Notes: generated by a model not told the origin, from the sequence alone. Shown: positions 1 to 15,252, counted from the stretch's first letter. The stretch: 64,000 nucleotides of DNA from Octopus vulgaris (GCA_951406725.2 OX597820.1:48112001-48176000), one strand, 5' to 3'. Numbers and translations: made by a program.

Positions 1-941
1 CTGATTTCATTGAGAGTAATCTCAAACCATAATTCCTGCAAAACTCGCTCCAACTGTTGCAGACACGACAGTGGAGGGTAACGACTTCTAACTTGTCGCT
101 CCAAGATGCACCACAGATGCTCAATAATATTAAGATCTGGAGATTGAAGTGGGCCACTCCGCGTGTTGTAGCTCACTACTATGCCCTTCATGAAAATACT
201 TAACTACACGAGAAGTGTGTGTTGTAATCTTGCAAGCTGCACTCACCACCAGGGAATAATGTCTGGAACCTTGGAAGTATTTGATATTTCCAAGATATTC
301 GGATAATAATTGCTGATGATTAGACTATGCAGGGCAACGATTGGACCAAAGGAATTCTAAGAAATGGTTGCCCAAACCATCACAGGCCCTCCTCCATGCT
401 TCATTGTAGGAAGTAGGCAGTCAAGATTAAAAGCATCCCCAGGATATCTCCACACAGAAACTCGCCCTACAGTGGTGAAAAGAGAAAAAACTGGACTTGT
501 CGGAGAATATTATTTGCTTCCATTGATCTGTCGATCAGCGTTTATGATCTCTACCCCAGTTTTCTGAATGTTCTGATGGGAAAGCAGAGGTTCCTTCTAT
601 AGTATCCGGCTTTATTGAGCTGACGGCAAACAGTTTTGGTCGAAACTAGGCTGGTCAGATGTTGATTCAATTCTGTAGTCATTTTAGGTGCAGTTGTCCG
701 GTGATTTTTCGTTTTCCGAGTGCGAGTCAACACCCTTCGGTCTCTTTCAGTGAGCTTCGGAGTCCTGGCGGACAAACTCCTCCCGCTGGAGGTGTTGCCA
801 TGCTTCTCAAATTCATTCAGTCATGGTCCATGATATGGTATGTCTTAAAAAACCAACGAGTTCAGCTGTTCTGGTGTCGGAAGCTCCTGCCATTCGAGCT
901 CCAACAGGTTGTCGTTTTTCGAACTCAGTGAGATTAGGCAT
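1..941 (-). pseudogene. Degenerate Tc1-like transposase, runs off the window start
   Basis: Minus strand begins MPNLTEFEKRQPVGARMAGAS at 941. ORF 551..775 (PKLTERDRRVL...TTAPKMTTELNQHL...VSTKTVCRQL) resembles the Tc1/Tc3 HTH region. Broken by frameshifts and stops. Confidence 0.85.
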
Positions 942-1147
942 CTTAGCTTAATTTATACTGCGACCTGAAAAAGAGATAGAAACAATCATTAAATTAGATA
1001 AATAAAACCATCTACAATACCAAAAAAAAACAACAGCACTCACAATGGAATTTGGGTTGACATTCATAATATAATGGCTCACTGAAATTTCTACTGTTCC
1101 AGTTATTATTCCTGTGTTTGCAGATATTTATATTTAAGAAAGATAAA

Positions 1148-2130
1148 ATGCTTGACTTGTCTGATTTCCAAAAAGGAGACGTTATTGGAGAGCGAATGGC
1201 TGGTGCTTCATTCCTCAAAACTGCCGAATTACTTCGAGAGGTACAGATTCTGAAATCATGTTGCCATTCAGAAACGAAGGTAGGAACAGCCCTGGCTAGT
1301 ACAATTCGCGACGGAAGTCAAAGTTTACAGAGAGGGGCCGCGATATAAAGAAAATGTCGTGACTAAAATCCATCGATCAGCGCCAGCGCCAGTGACAGCA
1401 GGACCTAACTAGCAACCTGTCAACCTTGTGTTAACCCAAACCGTTCACCCTTGAGCTCCATACAACTGGATAACACGGGAGAAATGTAATTGTTAAATAT
1501 CTATTCCTCCATCAGCGTTGATAAGCGGGAAAAATGATGGCTATATTATAACAAGTGTTCTATGGTTTTATGCAATAATTTCATCACTAATAAATCCTCA
1601 TTGATTGTGTTTCCATTTTGAAATGAATGTATACCTTGAGACAGCATAAGGTAAATTGAAGCTTGAGTATTTGGCCCCTATCATGATGCACGAATGTGGC
1701 CGAGTAATGATATGAAATTATATCATGAAATTCTCTTCACTGTTTAATTTTTGTACATGGCGATGTTAATGTCGAGGATTATCTGAGTATTTTGATTGAT
1801 CATCTGGTAGAAAAAGTTTTCCGTGATAGCAATGCAGTCTTTCTCGATAGGAGCGCAGCCATCCAGGACGATAATACGCCGATTTACGCAATTAATCTTA
1901 TTCAAATTTAGCATGAAAAACACAGACGTTAAGATGTTCACGTAAGTTGGCACGCACAATCACCAGATTTCACTGAAATCGAACACTTATGATTAATTTT
2001 GAAGCAGCAAATAAGGAGCTGCATCTCTCCGCCATTGACGTTTTAAAATCTACAGTAGATTTCATTCGAAGAAGAATGGCTGAAAATACCCTAATTTCGG
2101 CTCAAAATCTGAATGAATTTAGATGTCTTT
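1148..2130 (+). pseudogene. Second, more decayed Tc1-like transposase, divergent from the first
   Basis: Starts MLDLSDFQKGDVIGERMAGAS. Downstream remnants QDDNTPIY (~1864) and QSPDFTEIEHL (~1958) match Tc1 DDE motifs (QQDNAP, SPDLNPIE). Confidence 0.8.
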
Positions 2131-2340
2131 TAACTGTCATAATATTTTATCCTTAAATATTCCTTAATTTTTCTTTCCTTTCAAATAACCTTAACATCTG
2201 CATTCATCTCCTATCACTTTCTAACTTCAATTTTTACTTTAACCATGAAATTTAGTTGTTAAATCCACGTTCTCACACTCTATATCGCTGTTTAAATTCC
2301 TACTTTAATTCTTTAATCTAATCATCCTTGTGATCTTCGT

Positions 2341-2391
<51 letters not shown>

Positions 2392-2864
2392 ATTTAATCA
2401 TTTCTTTAATACTCTACGCACAGTTTTACCTTAAAACTGAACTATAATCAACTATTCTTACTGTATTTTATTCAATTGTATTCAACATAATTAAATGTTA
2501 TTCCTTTTAAAATTGCATTTATATATGAAACGTCATTCTTATCTTCTGTACCTTTATTTCTGTTCTTCATAACTTTTCTTACATCCTCTAATTATCTTTT
2601 TTTCTCAGTCTATATAACAGTTTTTATTACGGCTTTAATTCCTTATTTTTGTAATTAATATAATCCATTTATCTCTTATAATACTTCACAATTTTTTTAG
2701 TCGTATTCTTAACAACTGCACTTCTTGAACTTAAAACGTATATGCCTCTACTCTTATAACATCTTATCCATATCCTTGCCGCTTCCTCTTCAATATTTCT
2801 GTCTCTCTTTTCCCCTCCCTCTACCCTTTCTGCACACAGACACACAGACACACACACGCACACG

Positions 2865-2955
<91 letters not shown>

Positions 2956-3855
2956 TACATTTCAATGCTAATTCAATCTGTATTGAACATTTACCCCATT
3001 CACCTTTTCCTGTCAATTCCCCTTTTCTACTATAGATATTCTTTATATAATTCTTTACAATATCATTTACCATCTCCAGTATAACATATTGCAATGGTTC
3101 CTGTCTTTTTCTTTGCCATCAATAGTCTTCATTCTCTGATCAAGTGAATTAGATTGTTTTGTTTTTTTCAGTTTGATATAAATTGATATTAATTTGAATG
3201 TTAATATATTTGTTCATGTTATAACTCTCCATCTTTATCCCGCTCATCAACGAAACACTCTTATGTGTATATTACTAAATTTATCTATCATTGACCGACT
3301 TGATAGTCTTCAAGTCTAACATGCATTGCCGTATGGTTAAGAAGACCGATTCGTTAAACCAATGTCACATAAACAGAAGCAGAAGGTGCAGGCTATCTTT
3401 CTATCACCTTGCCAAAACACTATCAAGATTTCGACCGTAGCATAAAACGCGCGCAGACCCACAAACACACTCACCCCTGTCTCTCTCGCTCTATTTCTCT
3501 CTCACTCACACATACAGTGAATAGCTATAAACACGCCCAAATGTTTACTCAATAAGAGAAGGCATACAAGCAGTCACACTAACGATAATGCACATGTTCA
3601 CGCACATAACTGACTAAAAAGAAAATATGTTTTAGTAAACTTAAACCCACCATGGAAATTGAAGAGGAGATTCAAATTTCGAAGAATTTTTTTCTCTTTA
3701 ATTATAATTTATTGTTCATTTACACTCTTCGCTATAACCCAGGCAAATAACTTCTGTCATAAATCATTAAATAATACTGACTATAGCCTTTAGTAAATCT
3801 GAGAGACTGAAACCGAATGCAAGCCCGTTGTTTGCATATGTATGCGTATTTATGT

Positions 3856-3914
<59 letters not shown>

Positions 3915-4126
3915 CAATAATAAATCTCTGAACGAAGTATAAACAGTAACTGCACGACAATGTGAGGTATATTTGCCATCTCAATATGGCTAACCACTAA
4001 GGGTGGGTGTTACTGTAGCTTGTAGCCCCAGGAGAACATCTCCTCCAGCTGGCTATAGGCACACTTTCTGTGCCCTATCGGTATTTACAAAGTGAGGTCA
4101 TCCTTCCCTCGTCAACCTAAGTGATA

Positions 4127-4171
4127 CGCACGGACTGCAGTTTCTGGGTATTGACCCGTCATCAGCGTACG
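4127..4171 (-). ncRNA. Minimal type-I hammerhead ribozyme inside a PLE/retrozyme-like repeat (~3995-4215)
   Basis: Reverse complement reads cgtacg CTGATGA c gggt caat accc a GAAAC tgca GTC cgtgcg: helix I cgtacg/cgtgcg, helix II gggt/accc, palindromic helix III, GUC site. Confidence 0.75.
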
Positions 4172-4239
4172 ACAATCACCGGTTTTCGATGAAAGGAGTT
4201 CCCAATGCAAATATTAATATCCTTTTTCCAGTAACTTAC

Positions 4240-5710
<1,471 letters not shown>

Positions 5711-5724
5711 TGTATGTATGTATG

Positions 5725-5755
<31 letters not shown>

Positions 5756-6748
5756 TTATGTATGCATATTTTGTATCTGTCTTCACACTGATTACAACTG
5801 ATCCTGTTTTGTTTACCTTCACGTAACGTAGCGATTCGGGATAAGAGATATTTACAGTTAGTACCATATATAAAGAGAAGATCGAGAGGAGTCAATACTA
5901 AGTCCGATAAGAAATAAAAAAATATAAGAATGTATTACTAAAATTATACTTTTACTGATAAGATAATTATATATTCATTATATTTTTACTTCAAACTTTC
6001 AAACGCAACGTTAAGTCCTCTACAGTCCTGAAATGAATGATTGACTAAAAGGAATTCACTTATACTACACAGTTAACGTGGCATTATTATCAACATGTTA
6101 TTCTTAAGTCTCTGAATTCAACTGACCGGATAATATATTTTCTACAGCTATGGACACACTTTTAATATTCTTAACGTTTCCCTTTATTACAATACTTTAG
6201 AATAAACCTGAAACTAAACTGACAAACCTATTCTATTCATATTTCAGTTTGCTAGCATTTATCGTGTGAATTTGAGGGCCCTGTTTCTCAATAAATAACC
6301 AAACTGTTCTCGAAACGAAGGCCACTTTATAATCTCTTTGCAAGGTAAAGAACAAGGTATGAAACAGAACGCAACTGACACCACGTTATGCCACCTTGAT
6401 ATACCGCCATTTGGCCATTGCCTCTTAGACTAACAAGTAAATCCGTTGGAAAGTTCTGCGCTTAAATATATGAATAGAAACTACTAGACAGATCTTCCAC
6501 CAGCTGAGTATTGGTGCGACGCTGCACCCTTTATATACAATGAATATAGCATGGAAGGAGTAACATTGAATAGCCACTTTGATGTGGAAATTGACTTTAC
6601 TTGTTAGTATAGTTATTATTCTTATCTCTTCTTGAGATTTTACGACTAGCCATTTTGCTTGTTGCAAATCAGTGACCGATGGTCGCTTTGTTTACATTAT
6701 ATTGCTGGTAGGAGCAAACCCTGGTTATTACTCTGGTGATCCAGGTGC

Positions 6749-6797
6749 TCGCGATTGAGGATAGGCCAACCAGCTCGAAACTGAGTTAGTCTCGCGA
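6749..6797 (+). ncRNA. Degenerate hammerhead-like motif
   Basis: tcgcga TTGAGGA taggccaaccagctc GAAAC tgagtta GTC tcgcga: 6-bp helix I, helix III present, C3U core change and imperfect helix II. Confidence 0.5.
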
Positions 6798-6961
6798 TCC
6801 TATTGTCTGGAGGATCGTAGGAGTTCCTCCCCTGCTAGCAGTATATATTCTATTTAAAGGTTGCAGCGTCTCACCGATAGCCAGCTTGCAAAAGATCTTC
6901 CGGGGATTAAACAAGTAGTGATATGGAACAGTCACTTTGATGTGGCGATTGGCTTTACCTG

Positions 6962-7083
<122 letters not shown>

Positions 7084-7319
7084 CATATACTGACTAGCCC
7101 CGTGCCGTAAAAAATGACTGCTAATTGTAGCATTTCATATATAAATATGGAGGGTAAACGAAATTATTACACCTGTCAATATTCATATACATCCACGTAC
7201 ATCCCTTGTATACGCACACATATACTCACACAGAATTGAAGCTTTTGAACCTTTTGAACTTTTCGTAACGTTTTAAACTTTCTGCTTACCCTTCTTTTTT
7301 TGTACTTTCTGCTTACCCC

Positions 7320-7530
7320 TCTTTCCGGCATTCGCCATGATAGATCACTAGCCACTACACTTTCTTTATTTTCTCTCCTTGTTTCTTTCTGTGTTCCTTT
7401 TTGAGGACGAGCGTAGGCTCGAAACGTTAAAGACTTTTTCACTTTCCCGAGCGTCATACTAATACATCTGTTTGTTGTCTACACTACCTGTCTTCATCTT
7501 TTGTTTTTTTTTTGTGAATTCTCCCTATAT
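7320..7530 (+). repeat. Interspersed repeat with a degenerate minimal HHR (7397-7432); same family as 54210-54400
   Basis: cttt TTGAGGA c gagc gtag gctc GAAAC GT t aaag. A clearly homologous reverse-complement copy lies at 54210-54400. Confidence 0.7.
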
Positions 7531-8099
7531 ATATTTATGTATGTATGTATGTATGTATGTATGTATGTATGTATGTATGTATTATGTATGTATGTATACA
7601 CGTTTGCTACGCATTTCAAAACACTCTCTGTCTCCGTAGTGAGTCATTTACGTGCCATGTTGAAACAAAACAGGATCTTAACATATTGTTTGCGCACAGA
7701 CATATTTTTTTCCTCTCTCTATATATATTTCCAATTATTTATGCATGTATATTTCATATATCAACCTCAAACGGGTTTATTGGTTTATTTGCATCATTAT
7801 CTCTATATGTATGTATAAGTGAGTGTTTGTTATGCATGCTCATGGTTTATTTTTTTGTATAACGGAGTGTGTATGTGCATATGTTTACGTATATGTCTAA
7901 CTCTGCCTTTGAAAATGAGCAGAGTTTTTAAGTATTTTCGCGCGCGCGTACATATACGCATATAAACACACACATATTAATCTCTCTCTCTCTCTCTCTC
8001 TGTATATATTTATATATACACATAGATATATATTATATATATATATGTATAGCTATATATATGTGTGCTTATAGATATATACATACATACATACACACA

Positions 8100-8140
<41 letters not shown>

Positions 8141-8199
8141 TGCAAGTGAGTCGTGTGAGTCAATGTGATGAGTACGTGTGTATGCATATATGTGTCTTT

Positions 8200-8360
8200 T
8201 GCTTAATAATATCTGTGGCTTCGCTTCCGGGCAAACTAATTTTCTAAGGCTATAGAGCTTGTTCAGACAACTACATCAATCGCCATATTTGGACACTAAT
8301 GTTTCACAACCGGAAGCCGAAGGCGCTGGCTGTCTATCGAGCGCCTTGGCAAAACCTCAA
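8200..8360. promoter_or_regulatory. Possible promoter-like island
   Basis: Non-repetitive CpG-containing patch with cttccgg and ccggaag (ETS-like), cgccatattt (YY1-like) and a GC-rich hairpin at 8316-8350. Motif-level evidence only. Confidence 0.25.
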
Positions 8361-9393
8361 GTAGACTTGGACCTTAAAACAAAACACGCACACACACGGG
8401 CGTACACACATACACACACATATGAATAGAAACTCAGACTTAAGTAAACAGTCATAAGCACACCCAAATGTTTCTGAAATGACAGAAAACACACAATCGC
8501 ACACTCAAATAATAAAGCACACACACACACTAGCGCGCGCGCACGTAAACCGCTAAAAGATATATATTTAAATAAACGTAAACACACCGAGCAACACGTT
8601 GAAAATGAGATTCAAATGTAGAGGCAGTTTCTCTCTCTTTGATACCAATAAACAAACATACAGATACAAAAGATACAGTCGTTACAGACGTACGCACCTT
8701 CCCCCGCATTTGCAAACACACGAATTCACATTTATTCACAAGCAGAAAATAATAATAGGTTACTTTATGTAGATTTTTACATACACATATACAGACCCGC
8801 GCATTCATATATTCATTAATAAATATTAGACCTTCATACGTACACAACCAGCTAGATTTAAACACACAACACATAATTGCCGCAAACACTTATTGCAGCG
8901 AAAAAAAGAATAAAAAATAAATCTTTGTTAATTGCAATCAACGTTGAGGGAATTATTTGCTTAAGTAAATTACTAGTGTTTAATTGCGAAAAACATGAAA
9001 CATGACACCCCAGGAGCTCGGCGCCGACACACAGATATGAAGGCATGGAATCATTTCTTTTATGCTAGCCTTGCTTTCTAATATTTTTGTTCCCGTGTTA
9101 ATGTTTCTTTGTACTTCGGTTAATGTGTTAATGGCTGAGAGGGGGCGTGTGTGAAACGCTTTTGCTTGGGTGTGAATGCTTGTGAAATTAAACAATTTGC
9201 TTATGCCACTTTCGTGCTCTTTTTGATGAGTTAGTGTCGTCGTCTTGGCTGAAAGTATACAACTCCGGATTTCCCGTTATTTCTGCTATGGGAAGGACGA
9301 TTTTGTATCACAGGTAACTATAAACCACAATGAACCCTACGACCAAACACGAAAAGTAAGAATAAAAAAGTAGTATAAACTAAATCCGGGATT

Positions 9394-9464
<71 letters not shown>

Positions 9465-9535
9465 CACACATATATATGTATGTATACATAAATATACAAA
9501 ATACACACATATATTCATAAGTTTATATATGTTTG

Positions 9536-9570
<35 letters not shown>

Positions 9571-9649
9571 ATGTGTGTGTGTACTATATGTATTCATTTA
9601 GGTATAAGTTTGTGAGGGTGTTTGTATTCCCTCTTTTAAGTTTGTTATT

Positions 9650-9746
<97 letters not shown>

Positions 9747-9747
9747 T

Positions 9748-9824
<77 letters not shown>

Positions 9825-10172
9825 GTAGATAAATAAATAGATAGATAGACAGACAGATACATAAATAGGATAGATAGATATACCAACACCCATACATCAT
9901 GAATAACAAGCCGAAAGTTGGAGTACTAGATATTAAAAACATAATGAATAGCCTCCCTAAAGTGTTTTAAATCAAACTACCTGAACAGTAAGTTTTATGT
10001 TGGCGATGAGCATCGTTTACAAATAATTGGTCAACAAGGAAGAGGATGTTTTTCTACATACTACTGTTTTTCTCTTCCTTTCACTATTCTCCCTTACCAA
10101 TTCTTTGATATTCTGTCTTATTTTTAATATTCTGTTTATCTCTATCTTATATGTATTGGGTTGAGTGTATAC

Positions 10173-10337
<165 letters not shown>

Positions 10338-10554
10338 CTAAATTTCTAAATCTCTCGTAGATACATGTACGGTGGTGGGGCGATAGAATAGTTGTATACT
10401 GTCAATCTAACACGAACATGACAGTAGGGGGTGCACCACCGCTGTTTAGCCCTAGGAAGCATCGACGCCTCCTGATGGCTTTGACACATTTTCCCTGTGT
10501 CCTTATATACATTTACGAAGGGGAAACAAATACCCCCACCCGCCCGGGCTGCAT

Positions 10555-10597
10555 TTAGGGACACGTGTTTCAGGATGATTGTTCTTCGTCGGCCTAG
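10555..10597 (-). ncRNA. Minimal hammerhead, CCGACGA core
   Basis: Reverse complement: ctagg CCGACGA aga acaatcat cct GAAAC acgt GTC cctaa. Confidence 0.7.
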
Positions 10598-10850
10598 AGT
10601 AGCAGACACCGGTCAGCTGACGATATTTGTCTCGACTCGAAATGTATTTATCTAAATTTCAGTGAAGTCTATCCTATTCACTGATTATCAAAATCAGAAA
10701 TACTAAATTTCTAAATCTCTCGTAGAGACATGTACGGTGGTGGGGCGATAGAATTGTTGTATACTGTCAATCTAACACGAACGTGACAGTACACCAACGC
10801 TGTTTAGCCCCAGAGTAGAAGACACCGGTCAGCTGACGCTGTCTGTTACT

Positions 10851-10893
10851 CTAGGCCGACGAAGGACAATCAACCTGAAACACGTGTCCCTAG
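10851..10893 (+). ncRNA. Minimal hammerhead, CCGACGA core
   Basis: ctagg CCGACGA agg acaatcaa cct GAAAC acgt GTC cctag: perfect helices I (5 bp) and II (3 bp), palindromic helix III. Confidence 0.8.
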
Positions 10894-11083
10894 ATGCAGC
10901 CCGGGCGGCTGGGGGTATTTGTCTCCCCTTCGTAAATGTATATAAGGACACAGGAAAAATGTGTCAAAGCCATCAGGTGGCGTCGATGCTTCCTAGGGCT
11001 AAACAGCGGTGGTGTACTCCTACTGTCACATTCGTGTTAGATTGATAGTATACCACCATTCTATATATAAATATATATATGTA

Positions 11084-11142
<59 letters not shown>

Positions 11143-11385
11143 ATATAACTAAATAAATAAATATAGGGATGGTATTATTAAAATACCATCACAAGTGGTA
11201 AGCGAAATATCAGCCGTACAGGCAAATTAATAATATATATATATATACAATATCAGATATGTACATATATACACAAGGGTACTACATGAGTACCTATATC
11301 GCTAATGATCGAAGTCAAAAAATACTTCTGTACCACCGAATAGTCACAAATCTATTACAGACAAGATTGGAAAATATATATAGAG

Positions 11386-11456
11386 AATATAAATTAGAGA
11401 TAAAACCACTATTATGCAACTCAAACAGTGATAGAAATACACCAATACATAAATAA

Positions 11457-11527
<71 letters not shown>

Positions 11528-12643
11528 TAACTTATAACTAGATCTCAAAAAGTATAAAATGAATGATAAAAATATAATATAATATGTGAAAACACCACGT
11601 ACGTTTCATGGCTACAATTAAATTCGAATTACAGTTATGTTTAAATTCAATTGGAATATATTCGATTAATAATTATAGTCAATCTTCAGGTTAATGATAA
11701 TAGTTAAATAAATAAGCACATAAGAAATTTCAAGAAATTTTCTGGTATTGTATTCTATATAACTATGATTGTAAAATTGAATCTATAATTATTTTATTAG
11801 TTAATGATAATTTAGATATATATATTTAATTATTGGTATATAATTATAAGTGTACGTAAATTGTAAGATATTAGTTAGTCACTGTGGTATATAGATCGTA
11901 TAATAGTCATACGGTTCTTTTACCATAGGTTATACGATTTTAATTTGATTTTTAATTTGTCATCTTTAATTTTTAAATTGTATTTCATAGATATATTCTG
12001 TAGATATTTATAATATTTATGTAAACAATAATGGACTAATTAATTAAGTTATTTTTGGTTATATGTCTATATATTTATTGATAGAGAAAATTTTAGATTT
12101 TTAATTACTATATTTGTTGATTATAATTTAGATACTTGTTTTTTTTTATTATTTTATAATTATTACATGTGAACGTAAATCTAAAAATGTTAATAGTGAT
12201 TAATTTGTTAAATATTGGAGTATAACTGAGTTAAAGATATTCGAGAATTTATTATGTTTTTTGAAGCCAAATTATATCTTCAAAGATAAATACATATTTC
12301 TATCTATTTTTTACTTTAAAAATAAAAATAAAATATTTATCATAATAGATGTGTTGTAGGAAATAATCCTAATGTTTTAAGTTTATAATTTAGTTAATGG
12401 ATTTTTTCTATAAGAAAAATTATTATATATTTATTTCTTAAATAAATATTGTTTAACTCTATCTAACTATTATCATTAACCTGAAGATTGACTATAATTT
12501 TTAATCGAATTTATTTCAATTGAATTAAAACGTAATTGTAATTCGAATTTAATTGTAGCCATGAAACGTACGTAGTGTTTTTACACATTATATTATATTT
12601 TTACCATTCATTTTATACTTTTTGAGATCTAGTTATAAGTTAT

Positions 12644-12697
<54 letters not shown>

Positions 12698-12778
12698 TAT
12701 ATATTGGATATTTATGTATTGGTTTGTGTCTATCACTGTTTGAGTTGCATAATAGTGGTTTTATCTCTAATTTATATT
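11386..12778. repeat. ~320-bp inverted repeat pair (11386-11706 and 12465-12778) around a very AT-rich spacer; PLE inverted-pLTR-like
   Basis: The arms are reverse complements (e.g. taaaaccactattatgcaactcaaacagtgataga / tctatcactgtttgagttgcataatagtggtttta). Each arm contains a (TA)n tract and an HHR-like motif. Confidence 0.9.
12478..12579 (+). ncRNA. Hammerhead-like motif with extended helix II; mirror copy at 11591-11692 on the minus strand
   Basis: aac CTGAAGA ttgactataatt...aattgtagccat GAAAC gtac GTA gtgtt. Palindromic helix III; helix I is weak. Confidence 0.55.
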
Positions 12779-12879
12779 TTATATATATATACTGTGAAAT
12801 TTGATTTATATTAAATTGAATTTTTCCCTGTAAGTTTGTAGCTATACTTCCTAATATAATAGAATATATATATATATAT

Positions 12880-13075
12880 ATATAATGCAAAAATGGGACA
12901 GGAACGCAAAACTTCCACACAGTTAGGTGAAACGAAAAAGAACAACAAAATATCCAGACAGACGATACAAAGAAAACAAGGACGGATCATTCGGAGTTTT
13001 CTATCCTCAGTCGAGTTCCAGATTATCTTTGCAATTTCGGCTGGTTATACTCGAGATTGCTCCAATCTGGCCATG
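12880..13075 (-). repeat. Interspersed repeat family member (related copies at 27320-27490, 46025-46230, 46970-47130)
   Basis: Shared block cagccGAAA...gaCTGANGA...GAATGA..c.tccttgtttt in reverse complement. Confidence 0.6.
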
Positions 13076-13829
13076 CGTGTTTGAAATTGTGTGAAGGCGA
13101 CAGGGTAGTAGAATCGCTAGAGTATCAGAGAAAAGTATCTAGTCGTATTTCCAGTAATTTTAGTTGTGACTTTGATTGTCTTTTCCAGTTATAATGAAGT
13201 ATAATGCTTTAGATTTACCATCTGAAGACCCTACATATTGAAAGAACATGTGAAATGACTGTGTATTTCAAGAATCGTGTTTCTGCATAGTGATTCTAAA
13301 GTAGAATCAGAGAGTGTGTTACAAGGCTGGGGCTGTTGAATACAAGTACAGTCCATCAAATACGATTCTACATAGGTTGTCTCTACTCAATTTTAGTCAC
13401 AGATTCGAGGTTGCATTAAACGCATTTGCGCAATATGCTTCTCAGTGAGACTCAGTTATTGGACCTGATCATTAGTACACAAACTTTGAGGTTAGGACTG
13501 ATCTATAGAAATATAGTTCAGAAGCTTTGTACTGATTTGCTCAGCACCACACTGAATTTACACAGGTTTCAAACATTAAGCTTAATCTCTCATATTTTCT
13601 CTCCTTCTATACCTTAAAATAAATAATTATATTTCACTTCTATCAAAGAGATAACTAAACTAAAAAAAATATTAGATCCTATTCAGAAAAAAAAAATGAA
13701 ATAATATCTATATTTATGAGATAAAAGAATAGAGATTGCATATGTAAAATTCATCATCCTTTACCACATTGTCGGACTTTTGGTTATATTGTTCACATTT
13801 AGGCAGAACACCAACGAGTGGGAGAGTGG

Positions 13830-13985
13830 GTAGGTCTAGTACATCTACCCCAGTACAGAACTGGTACATATTTTACCAACCCCGAAAGAATGAAGGCCAA
13901 ACTCGACCTTTGAACTCAGACCGTAAAGACAATCGAACTGACGCAAAGTATTTTGCCTCGCGTACCAACAGTCCATTCTGGCAGC
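13830..13985 (-). mobile_element. Degenerate tRNA-derived CORE-type SINE
   Basis: ctggtac...accccgaaagaatgaaggccaaactcgacc...tttgaactcaga matches the family at 21457. Confidence 0.6.
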
Positions 13986-14460
13986 CCATTGCTTTGGAAC
14001 CTTTTAATTATATTAAACAGTTTGTTCCTCTGGCATCTATAAGAAACAATGGTTCAATCCATTTTATCCATTTACATACAAAAAATATTTTATTACTGAT
14101 TTGTCGATATTAAATCATGTTCTCTATATTGTAAATGACGGCAGACGGGAACTCTCTGCTTACTTGCGGTCCATTACGTTTTAAGCTCGAAAGCGGCTGG
14201 AGTCGCTTTTCTCGTTTTCAAGGTCGATAAAATTAGATAGTGCTCAAGATCTTGTGGGAAATTTACTCGACTGTGCATCGGAGCACTACCGATCAGAAGC
14301 CTACGATGTTCAATCAGGTTGTAGATATCTCTGTGTTGATATGGAAGATTTATTTCCTTTAAGTGAAACGAAATCTTGGGGAAACAGATGGTGGGTGGAA
14401 CTGAAAACACGAAATATATTCGATTAATCAATTCAAATTTTTTTTAAATAAGAAGCTGGT

Positions 14461-14461
14461 A

Positions 14462-14524
<63 letters not shown>

Positions 14525-14532
14525 CACCACCG

Positions 14533-14607
<75 letters not shown>
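14461..14607. repeat. (TAC)n/(CAC)n microsatellite
   Basis: Directly visible. Confidence 0.95.
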
Positions 14608-15252
14608 AGGCACGCAACGAGAGGAGTTTCTGCATCGGTGAAGGAGATTCACGCTTAGTTATCGACACACCTACTACACTTCGTCATGTTATTGGTTATT
14701 TTTTGTCGGTATTGATGTTTTTTTTTATACAGAGAGCGTCTGTTTTGCTACTATTTTTATTGTTTTTACGCAGACAAATACCAGCACAAAAACACCAGCA
14801 CCAGCACCAACACCATTGGCAACACCAAATCCTTCACAATAAAAAACAAAACAAAAAAATCAACATCATAACCCTAATCGTATTCATTATCACGTATATT
14901 CTATACACATACACACATATACATAGATATATTTATACATACATACATACATATATATGTATATATATATGGTATGTATGTGATATATATGTACGTATAT
15001 ATACATATACATACACACACACACACGCACACACACACACAAACACACACACACACACACACATATATATACATATACATTTGTGGTGCTCCAGCATGGT
15101 CAGAGTCTTCTGACTGAAAAGATTAAAAGAATAAAAGGATATATATGTATACAAGTTTATTTTTCAGTATTATCCAGTCATGCAAATAAATGTGTGTGTG
15201 TGTGTTTGTGTGAGTGTGAGTATAAATACATACACACTCCTACATATACATG

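Noticed and set aside
2130-3250. Strand-biased AT-rich block that might be a decayed retroelement ORF on the minus strand
   Set aside because: No diagnostic motif recognised.
8214-8250. gtggcttcgcttccgggc faintly resembling the U6 snRNA 5' end
   Set aside because: The similarity ends after about 15 nt and there is no ACAGAGA box.
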